DNA from: a virus
Taxonomy: Duplodnaviria > Heunggongvirae > Uroviricota > Caudoviricetes
Virus record (IMG/VR): IMGVR_UViG_3300022555_000017
Location: 64,001 to 127,545 of that record
DNA: 63,545 nt
Strand: one strand, 5' to 3'
Shown here: positions 59,094-63,545 of the stretch, in pieces
Layout: each line of letters begins with the position of its first letter
How positions within the stretch are numbered: position 1 is the stretch's first letter
Made by a program: the position numbers and the translations under genes
The notes under the pieces: generated by a model
What the model saw: only the letters and a program-made list of their open reading frames with translations
Told to the model about the DNA's origin: nothing
Database searches by the model: none

Positions 59094-59135
59094 AATCCTC
59101 CAAACATATTTTATATTATTTATGTTTGGAGGATT
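59094..59135 (-). promoter_or_regulatory. 15-bp perfect hairpin that sequesters the glycosyltransferase RBS, with late-box variant CATAAATA (59124-59117) across the 5' arm and loop
   Basis: Minus strand AATCCTCCAAACATA aataatataaaa TATGTTTGGAGGATT ttATG. Confidence 0.8.
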
Positions 59136-59145
59136 GTTTTGTAAA

Positions 59146-59445
59146 TTAGACCTTTTTATTTAAGTTAAAGAGATTTTTTATTGCGGGATTTTCTTGTATA
59201 ATTGGCCTTATTCGTGTTCGTCCAGCCTCTGTTGCCACACCCTTAAAAACTGTATTAGCATATTCTGTAATCAGTTGCTCTGTTGTTTTTGGCGAAGCAT
59301 TTCTTTCAGCAACTACACTTGCTCTCATATCGACAGGATTATCTCTAATACCTAATCTTCTTAAAATAAATCTACTTTGGCCTGATTTAATCAAAGTTTC
59401 CAATGCTGTTACTTGTTCATCTGTTAATGTGATTGTAATATCCAT
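59146..59445 (-). CDS. Hypothetical protein, 99 aa
   Basis: AGGAGA RBS; colinear with neighbours; no motif recognised. Confidence 0.65.
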   Translation of the reverse strand: MDITITLTDEQVTALETLIKSGQSRFILRRLGIRDNPVDMRASVVAERNASPKTTEQLITEYANTVFKGVATEAGRTRIRPIIQENPAIKNLFNLNKKV

Positions 59446-59468
59446 ATCTATTTCTCCTATATTTTAAT

Positions 59469-62400
59469 TTATAAATCTGGTAATATTTTTACAGGTGACA
59501 TATAATTTTTTGGTGTATATTGAAATGTCAAACAATAATTAGCATTATTACCCCATGCCCATATTGAACCATCTAAACCATTTAAACCGGAAGAATAGTC
59601 CCTACCTGCATATATCTTTGTAAAACTCATACCACCAAGAACTGACGTTGGACTTGAATATGATGTTGTATTTCCAGTTCCTAATTGACCTGAACTATTA
59701 TTACCCCATGCCCACGCAGTACCATCTGAACCTCTAATACCCAAAGAATGGCCACTACCAGCAGCTAATTGTGCCCAACTTATACCACCCTTAACAGATG
59801 TAGGTATTGAAGTATCATAATATGACCCACTAAAAAATCCTGAAGAATATGATGTTAATGTTCCAACATTACCTAATTGCCCATAACTATTGCTACCCCA
59901 TGACCATGCTATACCATTAGAACCACTAATACCTAAAGAATGATAGCCCCCAGCTACTATCTGTTTCCAACTTATACTACCAGTAATAGAAACAGGGCTT
60001 GATACTGAAAGCATTGAGCGATCCGAATCAATTCCCAACTGTCCTAATGTATTATAACCCCATGCCCAACCTGTTCCATCCGAACCTCTAATACCTAATG
60101 TATGATCAGTGCCAAGAACTGTTTCTTTCCAACTTATACCACCAACAACAGAAACAGGACTTGAATATGAAGTTCTTGTATTATTTCCCAAATTTCCCAA
60201 CGAATTATCACCCCATGCCCATGCTGTACCATCTGAACCACGAAGCCCTATACTAGTATCATCATTAGAAGAAACTTGTTTAAAACTTATTCCTCCAAGA
60301 ACAGAAACAGGACTTGAATATGATATTATATTTCCATGACCTAATTGGCCAATATTGTTTCCACCCCATGCCCATGCTGAACCGTCCGAGCCTCTAATAC
60401 CCAAAGAATGGTTAAAATATGGATATGTTCCCGCAACTCTAAGATCGGCACCAATAGCAATCTGCTTCCAACTTATATTTCCTAAAATTAATGTTGGATA
60501 ATATTTACTAGTTATTGTACCATCACCTAACTGTCCAACATTATTAGTTCCCCACATCCATGCTGAACCATCCAAGCCACGAATGCCGCCAATATAATTA
60601 CTAGCACCAAACATATCAGAAAAACTTATAATAGTTGTTACTAAAACCGGACTTGACTGATTTACATATAATGTCATATTATTTTTTTGTGTAGTTTGCT
60701 TATATGTATTATCTCCCCACAACCAAACTTTATTATCATAATATCCTATACCACCAATATTATTATACCCAACTTTCAAATCAGAGAAACTAACACTTCG
60801 TATTATTAAAGTAGGTGATAAACAATTTGTTAAATTACCAGTTCCTAACTGACCATTTGAATTAAGACCCCATGCATAACCAGTATTATTTAAACCATTT
60901 ATTCCTACCGAAGAATAAAAAAATGTATCAATTTGTTTGAAACTTATACCACCTACAACAGAAACAGGGCTTGAATATTGTGTTGTATTATTAGTTCCTA
61001 ACTGCCCATACCCATTATAACCCCATGCCCATGCTGATCCATCTAAACCACGGATACCTAAAGAATAAAAATTACCAGCAGATAATTGCGTAAAACTTAT
61101 ACCACCTACAACTGAAACAGGACTTGAATAACTTGTAGTATTATTAGTTCCTAATTGCCCATTATCATTACCACCCCATGTCCAAGCAGAGCCATCCAAT
61201 CCCTTAATTCCTAGAGAATGATTATAACCAGCCGATATTTGTATAAAACTAATATTACCATGAACTGAAACTGGGCTAGAATATGATGTTGCATTACCCA
61301 TACCTAATTGTCCAATACTATTAATACCCCATGCCCACGCAGTACCATCTAAACCATTAATGCCTAGAGAATGATACATACTAGTTGATAATTGCGACCA
61401 ACTTATATTACTAGCAACTAGAGTTGGACTTGAATATGCTGCACTATCACCTATTCCTAAATAACCTTGACTTCCATATCCCCAGCCAAATCCTATTCCA
61501 TCAGAACCACGAATACCTAAAGTATGAGAAGAATAAGTAGTAATAGAAGAAAAAATAATACCGCCCAAAACTAAAACTGGTGTTGTTTGATTAGTTATTG
61601 TACCATCACCCAACTGTCCGTAATCATTTTGGCCCCATGACCATAATTTACCAAAAGTATCTCTATAAAATACTGTACTATATCCAAGTTCTAAGAAATC
61701 CGTATAATCATTTACATATTCCTGTATATTAATAACTGATGCTTGAGAACCACCAAATAGTCTTGCTGTTGTACCATTTATATTTGTATTTGTACCTACC
61801 TGCTCTCCTATTCTAACTTTAAATGTAATAGTGTTTAATGATCTATTATTATAAACATACATTAAATGAGTCTGTTCCAAACCAGACGCTGAATACTTAT
61901 TTCCTTGCCCTGAACACAATGCATATAAATCGGAATCTTTATATAATGCAGCATTTGTGGAATTTGATGTACCTGAATTAGACACATTCAAATATACTTC
62001 TATCAATAATTTACTATTAGTACTTTTAGGTGTATATATTTTTGTTAAAACTTCAAGTCCCATAGTATTTGTAGGTATATCAACTGTAGTTAAAGCAACA
62101 CTTGTATTCGTATATACTATTGTATTACCACTTTGATGATTAACTAATAGACCAGATGTGCCAGAAGAGCCAGAAGTACCTGAGCTACCTGATGTTTTTG
62201 AACTACCTGATGTACCAGACGATCCAGAAGTACCTGAACTACCTGATGTTCCAGAAGAACCAGCAGAACCAGATGTGCCAGAAGAGCCAGAAGATCTTGA
62301 TAAACCAGACGATCCAGAAGTACCTGAACTACCTGATGTTCCAGAAGAACCTCCACTTGTGCCTGAAATCTTTGAAGAACCAGATGTTCCTGAACTACCC

Positions 62401-62483
62401 GATGTTCCTGAACTACCCGATGTTCCTGAAGTTCCAGAAGAACCAGATGTACCATATAAACCTATTTCTACCCATTCTGCCAT
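59469..62483 (-). CDS. Fibre-like protein: Gly-Ser/Thr collagen-like stalk, beta-sandwich linker and 14 RCC1 repeats
   Basis: GTSGSSGTSG runs over ~100 aa; fourteen W-x-WG-x-(N/G) motifs counted. Confidence 0.8.
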   Translation of the reverse strand: MAEWVEIGLYGTSGSSGTSGTSGSSGTSGSSGTSGSSKISGTSGGSSGTSGSSGTSGSSGLSRSSGSSGTSGSAGSSGTSGSSGTSGSSGTSGSSKTSGSSGTSGSSGTSGLLVNHQSGNTIVYTNTSVALTTVDIPTNTMGLEVLTKIYTPKSTNSKLLIEVYLNVSNSGTSNSTNAALYKDSDLYALCSGQGNKYSASGLEQTHLMYVYNNRSLNTITFKVRIGEQVGTNTNINGTTARLFGGSQASVINIQEYVNDYTDFLELGYSTVFYRDTFGKLWSWGQNDYGQLGDGTITNQTTPVLVLGGIIFSSITTYSSHTLGIRGSDGIGFGWGYGSQGYLGIGDSAAYSSPTLVASNISWSQLSTSMYHSLGINGLDGTAWAWGINSIGQLGMGNATSYSSPVSVHGNISFIQISAGYNHSLGIKGLDGSAWTWGGNDNGQLGTNNTTSYSSPVSVVGGISFTQLSAGNFYSLGIRGLDGSAWAWGYNGYGQLGTNNTTQYSSPVSVVGGISFKQIDTFFYSSVGINGLNNTGYAWGLNSNGQLGTGNLTNCLSPTLIIRSVSFSDLKVGYNNIGGIGYYDNKVWLWGDNTYKQTTQKNNMTLYVNQSSPVLVTTIISFSDMFGASNYIGGIRGLDGSAWMWGTNNVGQLGDGTITSKYYPTLILGNISWKQIAIGADLRVAGTYPYFNHSLGIRGSDGSAWAWGGNNIGQLGHGNIISYSSPVSVLGGISFKQVSSNDDTSIGLRGSDGTAWAWGDNSLGNLGNNTRTSYSSPVSVVGGISWKETVLGTDHTLGIRGSDGTGWAWGYNTLGQLGIDSDRSMLSVSSPVSITGSISWKQIVAGGYHSLGISGSNGIAWSWGSNSYGQLGNVGTLTSYSSGFFSGSYYDTSIPTSVKGGISWAQLAAGSGHSLGIRGSDGTAWAWGNNSSGQLGTGNTTSYSSPTSVLGGMSFTKIYAGRDYSSGLNGLDGSIWAWGNNANYCLTFQYTPKNYMSPVKILPDL
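62150..62455. repeat. Degenerate 9-nt-period repeat encoding G-T-S / G-S-S triplets
   Basis: Repeated cctgaactacctgatgtt / ccagaagaaccagatgt type units; Gly at every third residue in the minus-strand frame. Confidence 0.9.
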
Positions 62484-62502
62484 TATATTACTTCCTCTTA
62501 AA

Positions 62503-63545
62503 TTAAATAACTAATACAGGGCTTGAATAATTTATCATATCACCTATTCCTAAATAACCTTGACTTCCATCACCCCATGCCCATGCTGTGCCATCAGAAC
62601 CTCTAATACCATAAATATTATTATTATATCCAATATAAAGTTGTGTAAAACTTATGCCGCCTAAAACTGAAACAGGGCTTGATCTATCAATTGTGCTCCC
62701 ATCACCCAAAACGCCATAATCAGAATTATATCCCCATGCCCATGCTGTGCCATCAGAACCTCTAATACCATAAATATTATTATATCCAATATAAAGTTGT
62801 GCAAAACTTATGCCGCCTAAAACTGAAACAGGGCTTGATCTATCAATTGTGCTCCCATCACCCAAATTACCTGATTCATTATCACCCCATGCCCATGCTG
62901 TGCCATCAGAACCTCTAATACCATAAATATCATATCCAATATAAAGTTGTGCAAAACTTATGCCGCCTAAAACTGAAACAGGGCTTGATCTATCAATTGT
63001 GCTCCCATCACCCAAAACGCCATAATCAGAATTATATCCCCATGCCCATGCTGTGCCATCAGAACCTCTAATACCATAAATATTATCATATCCAATATAA
63101 AGTTGTGCAAAACTTATGCCGCCTAAAACTGAAACAGGGCTTGATCTATCAATTGTGCTCCCATCACCCAAATTACCTGCTTCATTATATCCCCATGCCC
63201 ATGCTGTGCCATCAGAACCTCTAATACCATAAATATTATTATATCCAATATAAAGTTGTGCAAAACTTATGCCGCCTAAAACTGAAACAGGGCTTGATCT
63301 ATCAATTGTGCTCCCATCACCCAAATTACCTGATTCATTATCACCCCATGCCCATGCTGTGCCATCAGAACCTCTAATACCATAAATATCATATCCAATA
63401 TAAAGTTGTGCAAAACTTATGCCGCCTAAAACTGAAACAGGGCTTGATCTATCAATTGTGCTCCCATCACCCAAAACGCCATAATCAGAATTATATCCCC
63501 ATGCCCATGCTGTGCCATCAGAACCTCTAATACCATAAATATTAT
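62503..63545 (-). CDS. RCC1-repeat protein, C-terminal part; the frame is open to the right edge, so the track start at 63474 is an internal Leu
   Basis: Hand translation from 63543 gives NIYGIRGSDGTAWAWGYNSDYGVLGDGSTIDRSSP..., in frame with the track ORF. Confidence 0.88.
   Translation of the reverse strand, partial: NIYGIRGSDGTAWAWGYNSDYGVLGDGSTIDRSSPVSVLGGISFAQLYIGYDIYGIRGSDGTAWAWGDNESGNLGDGSTIDRSSPVSVLGGISFAQLYIGYNNIYGIRGSDGTAWAWGYNEAGNLGDGSTIDRSSPVSVLGGISFAQLYIGYDNIYGIRGSDGTAWAWGYNSDYGVLGDGSTIDRSSPVSVLGGISFAQLYIGYDIYGIRGSDGTAWAWGDNESGNLGDGSTIDRSSPVSVLGGISFAQLYIGYNNIYGIRGSDGTAWAWGYNSDYGVLGDGSTIDRSSPVSVLGGISFTQLYIGYNNNIYGIRGSDGTAWAWGDGSQGYLGIGDMINYSSPVLVI
62571..63545. repeat. Near-identical tandem repeat of 150-156 nt units (RCC1 blades), about 6.5 copies visible and continuing off the window
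   Basis: Invariant blocks ccccatgcccatgctgtgccatcagaacctctaataccataaat and aaacttatgccgcctaaaactgaaacagggcttgatctatcaattgtgctcccatcaccc recur; differences are confined to two loop regions and one A/T codon. Confidence 0.96.

Noticed and set aside
35073-59103. Track start codons at 35090, 37133, 42945 and 59103
   Set aside because: In each case the RBS lies inside the extension and is correctly spaced for a downstream ATG (35072, 37118, 42936, 59091).
1096-62514. All plus-strand ORFs in the track and the short nested minus-strand ORFs
   Set aside because: They lie antisense to or inside well-supported genes, lack RBS and motifs, and have the composition expected of shadow frames.
62156-62514. 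Plus-strand PEEPEVPELPD repeat protein and the other frames over the same tract
   Set aside because: These are the antisense and shifted readings of the G-T-S collagen-like repeat. Staying open is a by-product of the 9-nt periodicity.
62571-63545. Terminal repeat array as a CRISPR array or a diversity-generating retroelement target
   Set aside because: The units are in-frame coding repeats with recurring variable parts, not unique spacers. Differences are not confined to adenines, and no cas or reverse transcriptase gene is in the window.
1-63545. Stop-codon reassignment as seen in some large phages
   Set aside because: Core genes are full length and closely packed under code 11, so no readthrough is needed.
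1-63545. tRNA, rRNA or group I intron
   Set aside because: No cloverleaf or rRNA-like segment was recognised, and the endonuclease genes lie between intact genes and not inside split ones. A covariance-model scan was not run.

Overview
This is a 63.5 kb AT-rich segment of a large T4-superfamily myophage genome covering the virion morphogenesis region. Every supportable gene is on the minus strand and reads with genetic code 11. In transcription order (right to left) it holds: (1) RCC1-repeat and collagen-like fibre genes, a 4-module glycosyltransferase/methyltransferase/TibC-like heptosyltransferase, and mosaic fibre genes; (2) the head module: portal gp20, candidate internal head proteins including a GNAT, intein-containing protease gp21, scaffold gp22 and major capsid gp23; (3) terminase small gp16 and large gp17, separated by a bacterial-type prkA-yeaH-spoVR triad; (4) neck and tail genes gp13, 14, 15, 3, 18 and three gp19-fold paralogs; (5) gp26 with a probable -1 frameshift into a gp51-like ORF, two tape-measure-like paralogs (one with a GH19 domain), and baseplate genes gp48, 53, 27-like, 5, 25, two gp6 paralogs each carrying an inserted RCC1 array, and a gp7-like protein; (6) the late sigma factor gp55, which is missing from the ORF track and runs off the left edge. 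Seven free-standing endonuclease genes and one intein are interleaved in about 22 kb. Four of these are modular zinc-finger-repeat PD-(D/E)XK nucleases that share blocks of identical DNA. T4-type late boxes (TATAAATA and variants) precede many genes, and three genes have their ribosome-binding site (RBS) locked in a hairpin that overlaps a late box. All product calls come from motif recognition by eye and no database search was run. The main candidates for new biology are the near-identical RCC1 repeat array with shuffled loops, the probable virion O-glycosylation module, the prkA-yeaH-spoVR triad inside the terminase locus, and the shuffling zinc-finger nuclease family.
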